Origin: a virus
Reading direction: 5' to 3' (one strand)
Virus record (IMG/VR): IMGVR_UViG_3300005613_000037
Coordinates: 8,731-72,730 of that record
Length of the DNA: 64,000 bases
Under the pieces are notes generated by a model. It made no database searches and was not told the DNA's origin. It saw only the letters and a program-made list of their open reading frames with translations. A program made the translations under genes and the position numbers. Shown piece by piece: positions 20,329 to 30,587 of the stretch. The stretch's first letter is position 1. The number at the start of each line of letters is the position of its first letter.

Positions 20329-20661
20329 TTATATATCGTTTGGACTTGTTTCCATAGATATGGTTTCACCTTTTATTCTTTCTTTCCATGAAAGTTTTCT
20401 TGATTGTTTCAGTTGGTGGTTTTCATCTTTCAGTTGTGCTATTCTGCTTTTCAACTCAGTATTACTTTTTTGCGTGGCCTTTTTCAACTCATTCAGTTCT
20501 CTTTCAAACTTTTCGACATCGCCACATTTGAGTCTGAAATTACCATATAGTATCCTATAATAGTTTCTGAATCTTTTAAAGAGTGACCGCCATTCTTCTG
20601 GTTTAAGATCTTCATCAAAGTCTGATGTCATGAGCTCTTCAAGTGTTTCATCTTGTATCAT
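20329..20661 (-). CDS. Coiled-coil hypothetical protein
   Basis: 110 aa with a heptad-rich C-terminal half; overlaps the AAA gene stop. Confidence 0.65.
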   Translation of the reverse strand: MIQDETLEELMTSDFDEDLKPEEWRSLFKRFRNYYRILYGNFRLKCGDVEKFERELNELKKATQKSNTELKSRIAQLKDENHQLKQSRKLSWKERIKGETISMETSPNDI

Positions 20662-21683
20662 AATCCGAAATTGACTTTATTTTTTATCTGCTTTTTCAGA
20701 ACATCTCTGAGTTTACCAGGTCTGTCAAGTTTTTTCATTCTTAGATGTTCTCTGAGGTCATTTGCTTCTTCTGAACTGAGATGATCTATTTCAATAACAT
20801 CGTATATGCTGTTACAATCAAGAAGATTCTGATCAACATCTTTTCTTTTTGTGTTGAATGTAAGTATAAGATGTATGTTATTTTTCTCACTTAATATACT
20901 TTCTGTCATTTGGATCACATTTGATGTAAAGTAGTTCATTTTTGAGTATTGTGAATTTGTCATGAACTCACAATCATCTATCATCAAAAGAACACTTCCA
21001 TATCGGGATATCAAATTAATGAACTCAGGATTATTTATTGAATGGTCGACCAGATTATTGGGTATGAAAATTGTAAGTCTGTCTGAGTTGTTTGCAATGT
21101 GCTTCATAAGTTGTGTTTTGCCGGTTCCTCGGTGACCACATAAAATGGTGATATTATTTCGAATATTCGACATGTTCCTTAAAAGTTTCTTCACCTTTTT
21201 GAATGAATTTTTTGAATAGAACATGTCAATATCTTCTTGGTGATCGTAATGTATAGGATCGATTTCCAACATACCATCTCTAATTGACAATATATTGTCT
21301 TTGACGATCTCCTCTTGATGTGATATTCTGCATTCATCTACATCTTCTAAAAATTCTTCTATTATATCATTGTGATATATTTTAATGCCGGAAATGTCTT
21401 CGGTATCATCTTCCATGAAAAATGAGATGAAAATATCACTGTTGTTCGATATTATCTTAATGAATTTGTATTCCGTTTTTATATTTTCCTCATCAAATGG
21501 AATTATTTCAGTTTCCTGATTGATGAGTTCAATGTTTTTATTCTCGATCAGTGTCAGAAATTGATCCTTGTTGAAAAAGGCGTGAAGTGTTGTTTTGTAC
21601 GGAATTTTCTTGAAATATTCATATGCAATGGCGTATTCATTGCTTTCTTGTTCGCCTGTGAAATTTATATTGGAATTGTTCAT
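20658..21683 (-). CDS. AAA+ ATPase
   Basis: Walker A GHRGTGKT, Walker B LLMIDDCE, and ILTFNT. Confidence 0.8.
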   Translation of the reverse strand: MNNSNINFTGEQESNEYAIAYEYFKKIPYKTTLHAFFNKDQFLTLIENKNIELINQETEIIPFDEENIKTEYKFIKIISNNSDIFISFFMEDDTEDISGIKIYHNDIIEEFLEDVDECRISHQEEIVKDNILSIRDGMLEIDPIHYDHQEDIDMFYSKNSFKKVKKLLRNMSNIRNNITILCGHRGTGKTQLMKHIANNSDRLTIFIPNNLVDHSINNPEFINLISRYGSVLLMIDDCEFMTNSQYSKMNYFTSNVIQMTESILSEKNNIHLILTFNTKRKDVDQNLLDCNSIYDVIEIDHLSSEEANDLREHLRMKKLDRPGKLRDVLKKQIKNKVNFGL

Positions 21684-21713
21684 TTTTTGTAAATAAAATT
21701 AATATATAGTGTT

Positions 21714-21899
21714 ATGTCAGATAAAAAGATAAAATCGATACTTGTTGTCAATAACTACTTATCTACTTGTAAGCAAGGATGTGATAAGAAAAAGTTATCA
21801 AGAATGTATCTTTCTGAAAGAATATCCGACAGTCTCTATAAAAGAAGAAAAGGATTTCTTTTCACATTCATGACTTTGATAACTTTATCTATCAAATAG
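21714..21899 (+). CDS. Small basic hypothetical protein
   Basis: 61 aa; AATATATA 5 nt before the ATG; stop overlaps the convergent gene, as is common in this window. Confidence 0.5.
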   Translation: MSDKKIKSILVVNNYLSTCKQGCDKKKLSRMYLSERISDSLYKRRKGFLFTFMTLITLSIK

Positions 21900-22110
21900 A
21901 TGGTCCTTCTATTATAGGCCCATCGCTCTCAGTAGGTATCTCAGGACCTTGTGGTAGATTATCAAACAATCCCTGTTGATTTTCCTGTGCAATAAGTTGT
22001 TCGAGCAATTGTCGTTGCATTTTTTCAACTCTTCTTTTAGCATGTTCCATTCGTTGTCTTCTTGCAGCAACTTTCTTTTTGTGATTCTTTCTATTTCTTG
22101 ATTTTGGCAT
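21892..22110 (-). CDS. Small protein with highly basic N-terminus
   Basis: MPKSRNRKNHKKKVAARRQR followed by an acidic/Pro-rich tail. Confidence 0.65.
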   Translation of the reverse strand: MPKSRNRKNHKKKVAARRQRMEHAKRRVEKMQRQLLEQLIAQENQQGLFDNLPQGPEIPTESDGPIIEGPSI

Positions 22111-22139
22111 ACTTTTATTATTTATTTTGTATCTTATAT

Positions 22140-23414
22140 TTAATTCGATTCTATTTGTTGATTATTGAAAACCACATCATATCTTTCTTTTATCTCTTCG
22201 AGTTCTTCGAGTGTGAGTCCTACCAAGGTTCTTCCGTCTGGTAATTTCACATCATACACATATTTGATATCGTTGGCAAGTTTTTGAACCTGTTCTATCT
22301 CTTTTTGAATATCTTTTGTTTGATCATATTTTTTTAGATCATCCTCTGTGAATGTTATATCGAATCCTTTCTCGATCTCTGTCAATCTTCCTTTGAGTGA
22401 TGCAATTTCAATGTTCAAAGAATCTATATCATCTTGGTCATCTGAGTTATCTCTTTCCTTTTCTTTCTTTTTTATCAATTTTGTGATCTCACCGATAAGT
22501 GTGCTCAGATTCAATGGACTTATAAGTTTCAATATGAATTCCAATATTGCATCGATCCCCTTTTTCAGAGCGAATATCGGTGTGTAAAGTCCTTCCAATA
22601 TGATTATTGCAATATTAAGTGGTAATGTGATTATCTGATAAGCCTCATCAGGAAGTAATAGTTTCAATTGTTTCAAAGGTTCTATGTTGTCTATCACATC
22701 GGCAAATCTTTTTGCAATTGCATTTATTGTTTCGATTATTCCCAATACCACTTTAATGGCCAATGGTACATTGAATGAGGTTGGTGCAATGGCACCAACT
22801 GCTGCAGGGATTGATACACCAAGTGCTATGACCGTGTTCACAAGTTCTCCTATAAGTTCTTTCTGTTCTTTGAGCATTTTGAATATTGCTTTCTTGACCT
22901 CTTCTATTATTTTCTTCGCCTCTTCTTTTAATTGTGTTCTGAACTCTTGTGCTTTGGCAGCTGCTTCGTCTTTTCTTTTTTGTCTTTCTGCCTTTCTTTT
23001 ATTTCTTCTTTCAATTCTTTTTGCTCTTTGGTCCTCTGTTTCATTTTCAGGTATCTCCTCTTCTACTTCTTCCTCTGAAGAATCGAGTTTTTCCTCTTCT
23101 GGATAAACAACACTTACAAGATCAACAGGCACCATCTTATCCAGTGCATCCTGTTTATCAAGTTCTCCAAGTTGTTCAGCAGCTCGGTTCTCTGGTTGTT
23201 CTTCTTGTTTTTTGCCATCAATGATAAGATCAATATCTTCTTTTTTCATGAATGGATTCTTTGCAGCGATTATTTTCTTTGCAATTTCATTCAGTGGTAA
23301 GAATTGATCAGTTATCTGTTTCATAACTGAAGATATCGCATCACCTTCATATATTTTGCTTTTGAAAGACTCGACATTATCTTCGAGTCCTCTTGTAAGT
23401 GGATCTTGTGCCAT
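22140..23414 (-). CDS. Hypothetical helical protein with hydrophobic central segments (possibly structural)
   Basis: 424 aa; charged coiled coil followed by long apolar helices. Confidence 0.65.
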   Translation of the reverse strand: MAQDPLTRGLEDNVESFKSKIYEGDAISSVMKQITDQFLPLNEIAKKIIAAKNPFMKKEDIDLIIDGKKQEEQPENRAAEQLGELDKQDALDKMVPVDLVSVVYPEEEKLDSSEEEVEEEIPENETEDQRAKRIERRNKRKAERQKRKDEAAAKAQEFRTQLKEEAKKIIEEVKKAIFKMLKEQKELIGELVNTVIALGVSIPAAVGAIAPTSFNVPLAIKVVLGIIETINAIAKRFADVIDNIEPLKQLKLLLPDEAYQIITLPLNIAIIILEGLYTPIFALKKGIDAILEFILKLISPLNLSTLIGEITKLIKKKEKERDNSDDQDDIDSLNIEIASLKGRLTEIEKGFDITFTEDDLKKYDQTKDIQKEIEQVQKLANDIKYVYDVKLPDGRTLVGLTLEELEEIKERYDVVFNNQQIESN

Positions 23415-23438
23415 GGGATCAATTGATTTTTAATCTAT

Positions 23439-24815
23439 TTATTGATCTTCCTTGTCTTGCTCGATCTTGCTTAGCTTGTAATTGAAATTATCAGGAATAT
23501 CGAATTTGTATTTTGCACTTAATTTATCTGAGAATTCACCACCTTGGAATTTCACAGATACGGTGAATTGCATTATCTCATCTTCTTTGAACGATATCTT
23601 AACTTTCATCTTGAAGTCGTTGTCATCTTGATCCTCATATCTTTTGAATTTTACATGGTAATCAAAATCAACATCGATATCATCATAGAATTTTCTAAAG
23701 AAGGTTCTTGATGGTATTCTGAAAAAATCATTTCCTGACTTTGAAAGATAATAAAGTGGTCTTTCTTCACATCCTAATTTCTCAACCAATATTTTGATCA
23801 GCTTCATTTTAAGTGTGCCGGATGAACGCTTCCAAACATCATCTATTTTTTCAATTTCTTCTTTTTTATTTTTTATCAAAGAGGTTGTGAAAAGATTTTC
23901 CAATATTTTTGAGTTCAGTACAACTATTTTCATGTCGGTCCATTCTTTTATTGCTCTTTCAGGATCGTTAAGGTATTTTTCAGGTTCTTTCCAAACGAGT
24001 TTCAAGAGATCATTCAAGTATAGAATGTTTTTATCGAATTCAGGCATCAATTCACCAAGATATTTGAATCGGGGATCTCTGTGTCTGATATTGAAATATT
24101 CAAAATATCCGATCGAATCGATTCTTTTCGTATCTATGAACTTTTCAATGTGTGTCTGTATGTTCTTGTTCGCGCTTTCATATGTTATCTCAATGAAAGC
24201 CTGTGCAAGTCTGTCCCATTTTTTTATATTGTCAGGACCATATAGATTTTCAAGATCAGCTTCTATGAATTCTTCTGCGAATGTGTTAAAGGAAGATGTT
24301 TTCTGTGTTTGAAGGTTCTTATTCAAGAATAGTGAGTATTGTTTACCCAATGTTGTTTCAATTATTATATCTTCTTTATTTTCCTCTGTTTTATTTGGAC
24401 CGAGCCAGTATATCATTCTTATTTGTTTCTCATCGAGTTTTTCATCACCTAGTAGCTTATCAATGATATTTCTTGCAGTTGTTCTTGCATCGATCAGTTT
24501 TTTCCAATCCTTTTCAATATCAAATTCAAGTGTTTCGAAAACTCCGTTCAGTTTTGAGAGGTCTTCATCCTTTATACACTTACCATCATAGAATTTTCCA
24601 AGACTCAACCTGTTCTTTGATTGAACAAGACTTTTAAGGTCATTTAAAAATACTTGTGAATCTTCACTATATCTTGCTTTCAATCCTTTGTCTAGAAGAT
24701 TGTCCAAAAATTGATTGTTCAATAGAACCATTGATATGCATATTTCTTCTATCAGGTTCTTATTGGTATAATTTGTCTTTGATTCTTTTATGAATTCGAG
24801 ATATTTCTTTAACAT
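23439..24815 (-). CDS. Hypothetical protein with CTS-like N-terminus (MLKKYLEFIKES)
   Basis: 458 aa; AATATATA 4 nt before the ATG; YWLGP...KEDIIIE...YSLFL is weakly restriction-endonuclease-like. Confidence 0.7.
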   Translation of the reverse strand: MLKKYLEFIKESKTNYTNKNLIEEICISMVLLNNQFLDNLLDKGLKARYSEDSQVFLNDLKSLVQSKNRLSLGKFYDGKCIKDEDLSKLNGVFETLEFDIEKDWKKLIDARTTARNIIDKLLGDEKLDEKQIRMIYWLGPNKTEENKEDIIIETTLGKQYSLFLNKNLQTQKTSSFNTFAEEFIEADLENLYGPDNIKKWDRLAQAFIEITYESANKNIQTHIEKFIDTKRIDSIGYFEYFNIRHRDPRFKYLGELMPEFDKNILYLNDLLKLVWKEPEKYLNDPERAIKEWTDMKIVVLNSKILENLFTTSLIKNKKEEIEKIDDVWKRSSGTLKMKLIKILVEKLGCEERPLYYLSKSGNDFFRIPSRTFFRKFYDDIDVDFDYHVKFKRYEDQDDNDFKMKVKISFKEDEIMQFTVSVKFQGGEFSDKLSAKYKFDIPDNFNYKLSKIEQDKEDQ

Positions 24816-24875
24816 GTTCTATATATTTATTTTGAAATCTCATTTAGAAACACTTCCATTATCAATATATATTAC

Positions 24876-26558
24876 ATGGCAGACAGTTTGAACAGATTTT
24901 TTCAAGAAGCAGGCAATCAACTCAATGATGCTTTGGGAAATCCAAGAGCGCAGCAACGACCAGGATTGAATGATCCTGGACATCCTTCAAACCGTCAAGT
25001 AAACAACAGAACTGGTGCTCCTGATGGCAAGGCTCTTATAGCATTGCAAGAGAATCTTTATGGTGAGACAAAAATTCAAAGTCCAGGTTTTACACCTGTG
25101 GAATATTACAGGACTGTGAGTTCTCAGTATTCTGGCGAAGATCCTGTTTTTAAAATTCTGCCACCGGAGAATTGGACACATAGAAATACGAAAGATGTCT
25201 ATGACTCGATTGCGGGCCAAGATGGATCCTACAATAAATATGGTGATGACAAGACTCGTGATTTCAAATTCAAATCTGGTTCTGAGACCCCAAATTATAT
25301 ACCGAGTCTTTCAAATTCGGATTTTTTACAGAAAGAAATTGGAACTGCTTTTATCACACCTGATGATAATGAAGATCCTGTGTTCTTTGGATTCGATGTC
25401 AAATTGAATGGATTTTCCTCACCATTGATAAATGGTGAGATAAATAGGTTTCTGAATAATGTTGATCCTTATCCTCAGTGGAGTGATGTTCTAGATACAG
25501 AGTTGGTTTCGAGAAGTTCTGTGTATCTAGAATTTTTAAAAGAGATTTCAAAATATTTTGATATATCTGGTGTTGATATACCGGCAAGTGATAATTCAAT
25601 ATTTGGAACAACTGGTGCGAATAAGAAATATTATCTGAAAAAGATAGATGGTCTTCAAAAATTGAATGAATCAAATTCACCGAGTAAGCAAGAGGCATTT
25701 ACAAAATATCAGACAGATATTTTGAAATTCACTTTCTATGAGGATACAACCTTGAATATGGGAACTTTATATTCGCTTTACAAACTTCTTTATTGGTCAA
25801 GGATTCGTGGCAAGTCAATGATACCTGAGAATCTTTTGAGATTTGATATGACAATCACCGTATCTGAATTGAGAAATTTTGTTGCTGTAAAAAAAGCAAC
25901 ACCGACAGATCAAATGCAGCTTTTAAAGGCCAATCTTTCCAAATATGTGTATAATATCTATGAGTGTCAATTCTTTTTTTCAACACCGACACATCCAGAT
26001 ACTATCGATCTAGGATCAAAGCCTGAGATGACTGATAGTTATGCAATTGATATTTCTTATAAATATTCAAATATGGATTTTCATCGATATAATCCTCAAA
26101 AGGAAAGTTTTTATAAGGTTACAAATAAGGATATTTATTTGTCAGAACTTTCGGATGAATTTTCGAACACATCTCTTATAGAGACCGGTGTAATAACACC
26201 AAGTGATGCAGAAATTCAGAATGGTCGAGTTGATGTTCTAACAGAGTTCGACCAATCATCTTTGTCTGTAAATAATCTTGGCGACTTTGTGAAAAATCAA
26301 AAGCAAAGTGCCACTTCAAGATTATTGAATGGTCTGAAATCTGCTGCATTGAATGAAGCTCAACGACAATTGAACACACAATTTTCGCTTTTGAACAATA
26401 CCATCGATGAGATAAGAACCAATTTCGGTATAGGTCGAATGCCGCCACCGACAAATGTTTACCAGATACCACCTGGGGGTCAGTTCTTCTTTGATGTTCA
26501 GAATTCACTCAGAAATTTCGGTGGTGATGTTCTCTCAAATTTTTTCTTTGGGCAATAA
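24876..26558 (+). CDS. Tail tube initiator / baseplate-tube-like structural protein
   Basis: 560 aa; YYLKKIDGL...LKFTFYED...FDMTITVSE...YNIYECQF resembles the tube fold; directly precedes the gp5-like gene. Confidence 0.5.
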   Translation: MADSLNRFFQEAGNQLNDALGNPRAQQRPGLNDPGHPSNRQVNNRTGAPDGKALIALQENLYGETKIQSPGFTPVEYYRTVSSQYSGEDPVFKILPPENWTHRNTKDVYDSIAGQDGSYNKYGDDKTRDFKFKSGSETPNYIPSLSNSDFLQKEIGTAFITPDDNEDPVFFGFDVKLNGFSSPLINGEINRFLNNVDPYPQWSDVLDTELVSRSSVYLEFLKEISKYFDISGVDIPASDNSIFGTTGANKKYYLKKIDGLQKLNESNSPSKQEAFTKYQTDILKFTFYEDTTLNMGTLYSLYKLLYWSRIRGKSMIPENLLRFDMTITVSELRNFVAVKKATPTDQMQLLKANLSKYVYNIYECQFFFSTPTHPDTIDLGSKPEMTDSYAIDISYKYSNMDFHRYNPQKESFYKVTNKDIYLSELSDEFSNTSLIETGVITPSDAEIQNGRVDVLTEFDQSSLSVNNLGDFVKNQKQSATSRLLNGLKSAALNEAQRQLNTQFSLLNNTIDEIRTNFGIGRMPPPTNVYQIPPGGQFFFDVQNSLRNFGGDVLSNFFFGQ

Positions 26559-26577
26559 GATATTTCATATATAATTT

Positions 26578-28425
26578 ATGTTCGTTGAAAGTTCTAAAAC
26601 ATATGTTGGTGTTGTTGAGGATAACTTGGATCCTAAACGCATCGGTAGATGTCGAGTAAGAGTAATTGATGTTTTTGATGAGATTCCAGTTGAGGATATA
26701 CCATGGGCATCACCTTGGAAAGACATCAACGGAAATGAATTCAATGTTCCCGAAAAAGGAAAGATAGTTACATGTGTCTTTGACTCTGGTAATATCTATA
26801 AACCTGAGTATATATATGCAGATCATTATAATTTGAATCTTGAAAGGAAATTAAGAGAACTCAGTGATGAGGCTTATGCATCAATGAGAACTTTGATGTT
26901 CGATCACAAGACGCAGATATATTCAAATGATGATGAAGGTCTTATGGTTGATTATAAATTCCATAATATGAATATCCGAGAAGAGGGAATTGATCTGAAC
27001 CTTAAAGATAGTTATTCAAAACTCAATTTAGGTGATAGGAATTCGGACCAACAGGTGATACTTGGAACAAATTTTTTGAATTGGTTTGATAAGTTCATAA
27101 AACAACTTGCTACATTGGGTGGAGGACCTTATCTTGGAAATAAAGGAGCTCCTGTGCAGGCAACTCCATCATTCATAAGAGTTCTTAACGAATACTTTCA
27201 ACTGAAAGATCCCAAATTTCTTTCCAATAATGTTTATGTTCCAAGTAATTTTCAAATTAATTCAGTGTCTGCTGCTCAGGGTGGATTTGCTTTCCCAAAG
27301 TATCCAGCAAGACAGATGCAAGATGTTAAAGGTGATAATTTCAAAGCAACTGAAACAATTTCCGAATCAAGTATTGAATTTGATAGTAATGTGCCTTCAT
27401 TCATACCGAATATTGATAGTAACGATCAATCAAATGTTTCTCAGGATCCAACCTCTGGTGATCTTGTTCCCAAAAGCAACCCTGTTTATTTGGATCCAGA
27501 AAAAGGTCCATTGTCTGATATAATTTCTGACTTTGCAAAACAGATGGTCAGGGTCGCAGAAACTCAAGTTGGTGTGACTGGAAACCCTAAGAACTCGAAT
27601 ACAGGACCTGAGGTTTTTGTCTATCAGGATTCAACTTGGTTATATCCTGTCAGGTCACCACAGCCAGGTGAGAAATATAAACCACCGAAACCAGGTTGGC
27701 CATGGTGTGCTGCTTTTGTTTGTTTTTTATTCAAAGCTGTTTCGGGAATAAAGGATATAAACTACTCTTTTTCTTTACCAAGAACTGCAGGTGCCTATGA
27801 TTTCGAAAATTGGGCAAGAAAAAATTCAAGATATGTTGATATAATAAAGCCTCCATTTGACAAGATATTACCCGGTGATATAATCATATTCAATTTCGGC
27901 CACATAGGAATATCAATAAGTACAATTACTGGTAATAGAATATTGACCATTGAGGGTAATACATCACCTTTGGATATACCCGATGTGTCAGGGATTGCAA
28001 ATAACTTTACAACTTTATCTCCTGATATCCCTGGAACTGATCAAGTTTCAAATGCTACAGGTATCGCCTCACAAGCATCTTCTCAGTTATCAAATATACC
28101 AGGAACCGGTAACATCACAGGTAATGTGAATGCAGCAACATCAGCTTTGAACAATCCTGATCTATCATTTATCACCAATTTCAGTAAGCAAAGAGAAGGT
28201 GATGGTGTCTATAAGAAAATAAGAAAACTTTCTCTTATCAGAAGTGTTCTGAGATTGAAATATGACGAATCTAAAGTTGAGCTGAAACCCCGCGAAGAAG
28301 TTGTGACAAAGACAATTGTTCGTACCGAAGTGGTTGGATCTGATCAGGGTGAGAACCCGGATCCAGAATCTTCGACACCTCAACAAAATGTCGATCCGAG
28401 TGTTGATAATAATTCGCAAAGTTGA
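26578..28425 (+). CDS. Baseplate central spike (gp5-like OB fold) fused to a CHAP peptidoglycan hydrolase
   Basis: N-terminal YVGVVEDNLDPKRIGRCRVRV...IPWASP; CHAP motifs PWCAAFV, PGDIIIFNFGHIGI, TIEGNTS and GDGVY. Confidence 0.85.
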   Translation: MFVESSKTYVGVVEDNLDPKRIGRCRVRVIDVFDEIPVEDIPWASPWKDINGNEFNVPEKGKIVTCVFDSGNIYKPEYIYADHYNLNLERKLRELSDEAYASMRTLMFDHKTQIYSNDDEGLMVDYKFHNMNIREEGIDLNLKDSYSKLNLGDRNSDQQVILGTNFLNWFDKFIKQLATLGGGPYLGNKGAPVQATPSFIRVLNEYFQLKDPKFLSNNVYVPSNFQINSVSAAQGGFAFPKYPARQMQDVKGDNFKATETISESSIEFDSNVPSFIPNIDSNDQSNVSQDPTSGDLVPKSNPVYLDPEKGPLSDIISDFAKQMVRVAETQVGVTGNPKNSNTGPEVFVYQDSTWLYPVRSPQPGEKYKPPKPGWPWCAAFVCFLFKAVSGIKDINYSFSLPRTAGAYDFENWARKNSRYVDIIKPPFDKILPGDIIIFNFGHIGISISTITGNRILTIEGNTSPLDIPDVSGIANNFTTLSPDIPGTDQVSNATGIASQASSQLSNIPGTGNITGNVNAATSALNNPDLSFITNFSKQREGDGVYKKIRKLSLIRSVLRLKYDESKVELKPREEVVTKTIVRTEVVGSDQGENPDPESSTPQQNVDPSVDNNSQS

Positions 28426-28431
28426 AACTAA

Positions 28432-30045
28432 TTAAAGATATATCATTTTTTCATCGAATGGATATTCTCTCTTAAAGTAGAATTTTTTTCTTTCCAACCA
28501 ATGTCTGAACAATATGTTCTGTTTTTTATCACTGAAAACATCAACAAGGTCAAATATGAGAGCTCTTTTTTTGTTACCGATCAATCTTAACAATCGTCCT
28601 ATTGATTGTATTACGATCTGTTCTGACTTGAATGAGTCTGCAAGTATGAGATAATGTAAATTTCTGATACTCACACCTGTCGATAGTGTACCGAAAGAAG
28701 CTACAAGAACCCGTATCTTACCATCAGTTTTATCCATTTCTTTTTTTATGTGTTCTCTTTCTTTGTTCTTCACAGAACCATCTATATAGAAGAATTCTTT
28801 ATCAGTGCATTTCTCTGACAGTGAATTGAAAAGCGCCTGTCCATGTTCTATCGAGTGAAAAAGAAGAAGTACATTGTTATCACATTTATCAATTATCTTT
28901 TTAATTATATCTTTTCTTTTTTCTGACTTTTGAATATAATCTTTCTCAAAATTCAGGACTTCTTTACCCATTCCACCTCTTTTGATATGATCCATGGTTG
29001 ATTCAAATTCAGTATCGTTGTGATTGAGGATTATTGCCTTTATCTTCATTGGTGTGATTATCCCTTTGTCTTTTAGTTCTTTTGCAGAAACTTCTGTTAT
29101 CTTAGGCCCCAATACAGATTGTATGGTCAATATCTCACACGAATCATCAGGTGGGAATGTGCCTGAAACACCGAATCTCGAATGTGCGTGTCCAAATGTT
29201 TTTTTCAATATTTTCAGTGTTGTCTTGGCTTTCGCACCGTGCGCTTCGTCACAGGCAACGGTATGAAATTGTTCGAAGAATTCTTTAGGCCATTTTTCCA
29301 AAGATTGATATGTTCCGATATAGATGTTGGCATCTTTCACACCTGAGTATTTTCTTGGTTTATCTGACATTATCTCTTCAACTCTGACATTACAAGGTGT
29401 TGCGTTCGTATTATCGTTCAATATAGCGTCAAGTTTTTCTCCTCGTTGCTGTTCAAGTGAGTTTGCTCCGAAATTGTATTCAAGAATATTATCATAGAAT
29501 TGTGTTACAAGTGTTATTGATGGAACTATCAGAAGGAATTTTGCATCTGGATCCATGTTTTTAAGTGTATAGAATATCACGATAGATATGATCAATGATT
29601 TACCACCTGATGTGGCAACTTCTGCCATACAATACCTATTTTTCAATATTTTGAAAGCAGTTTCAATTTGATGGTCATAGGGCATGAATTCGATCCATTC
29701 TCCTTTTTTATTTTTCACTTTATGATTTTTAAAGAATTCTTCACAGAATTCTCTTACTGAATCCAATGTAACATCTCTATTGAGTGGGAAATCTTCTTTA
29801 TTTTCAAGTGTGAATTTTGCACCGATCTCACGAGTTGCGTTCACACATTCTTTCCAAAGTCCAAGAGCAACTCTACCATTTTTAAAATAGGATTGTTTAC
29901 CGTTCCAAATTCCCATTTTGAACGCAGGCATGAACCTGTATCCTTTCACATGTCGAGATAACCAAAGTTCCATTTGATGATACTCAATTCGTGTGGATTC
30001 TGTTATTACGAGTTCTTCTTTATTTTTATCATATTTGAACTTCAT
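28432..30045 (-). CDS. uvsW: UvsW-like superfamily 2 DNA helicase
   Basis: ATSGGKS, YIGTYQSL, DEAH, FGVSGT, FGTLSTGVSIRNLH and QSIGRLLR motifs. Confidence 0.9.
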   Translation of the reverse strand: MKFKYDKNKEELVITESTRIEYHQMELWLSRHVKGYRFMPAFKMGIWNGKQSYFKNGRVALGLWKECVNATREIGAKFTLENKEDFPLNRDVTLDSVREFCEEFFKNHKVKNKKGEWIEFMPYDHQIETAFKILKNRYCMAEVATSGGKSLIISIVIFYTLKNMDPDAKFLLIVPSITLVTQFYDNILEYNFGANSLEQQRGEKLDAILNDNTNATPCNVRVEEIMSDKPRKYSGVKDANIYIGTYQSLEKWPKEFFEQFHTVACDEAHGAKAKTTLKILKKTFGHAHSRFGVSGTFPPDDSCEILTIQSVLGPKITEVSAKELKDKGIITPMKIKAIILNHNDTEFESTMDHIKRGGMGKEVLNFEKDYIQKSEKRKDIIKKIIDKCDNNVLLLFHSIEHGQALFNSLSEKCTDKEFFYIDGSVKNKEREHIKKEMDKTDGKIRVLVASFGTLSTGVSIRNLHYLILADSFKSEQIVIQSIGRLLRLIGNKKRALIFDLVDVFSDKKQNILFRHWLERKKFYFKREYPFDEKMIYL

Positions 30046-30155
30046 ATCTTATATTATATATAATATTGATGTGTTTGTTCTAAATCATTGGTTTTCAATG
30101 AATTATCAAAGGAGGAAAACATTTTTTATATATAAGAAAAAATTATTTTATTATT

Positions 30156-30503
30156 ATGAAGAGATTTATTGATTTTTTAAAGTCGTTTTTCGGATTCAGT
30201 TCTGAAGCAAAATCCGAAGTTGTAATTGAAGAAGCGACTGAAAAGCAAGAAGCAGTGAAGGCTGAAGAGCCTGTTGTTGAAGAAAAGGTTGAAGAGCCTG
30301 TTGTTCAAGTTGAAGAACAGAAAACAAAGGTTGAAGAGCCTGTTGTTGAAGAAAAGGTTGAAGTGGTCAAAGAGGTCAAGCCGAAAAGAAAATACACAAA
30401 GAGAAAAACCAGTGCTAAAAGATCTACGAAAAAGACGACCAAAGAATCTACAACTACAAAGCCGAAAAGGAAATACACTAAAAGGAAAAAGAAAGAAGAT
30501 TGA
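30156..30503 (+). CDS. Low-complexity protein: acidic EEPVV repeats and basic KPKRKYTKRK x2
   Basis: 115 aa; acidic N-terminal half and K/R/T-rich C-terminal half. Confidence 0.7.
   Translation: MKRFIDFLKSFFGFSSEAKSEVVIEEATEKQEAVKAEEPVVEEKVEEPVVQVEEQKTKVEEPVVEEKVEVVKEVKPKRKYTKRKTSAKRSTKKTTKESTTTKPKRKYTKRKKKED
30263..30363 (+). repeat. 32-nt exact direct repeat inside the CDS
   Basis: tgaagagcctgttgttgaagaaaaggttgaag at 30263-30294 and 30332-30363. Confidence 0.85.
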
Positions 30504-30554
30504 ACCGGGGAACGAAAAGTTCCATTTTAGGACCGGTTATAGTTTTGGCTATAA

Positions 30555-30587
30555 GAAAACCACTGAATTCGCTACTCAGTGGTTTTC
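30555..30587. terminator. Perfect 12-bp hairpin between convergent genes
   Basis: gaaaaccactga-N9-tcagtggttttc. Confidence 0.75.

Noticed and set aside
23439-24815. PD-(D/E)xK nuclease call
   Set aside because: Only a loose D...SL pattern without the catalytic Lys; left as hypothetical pending HHpred.
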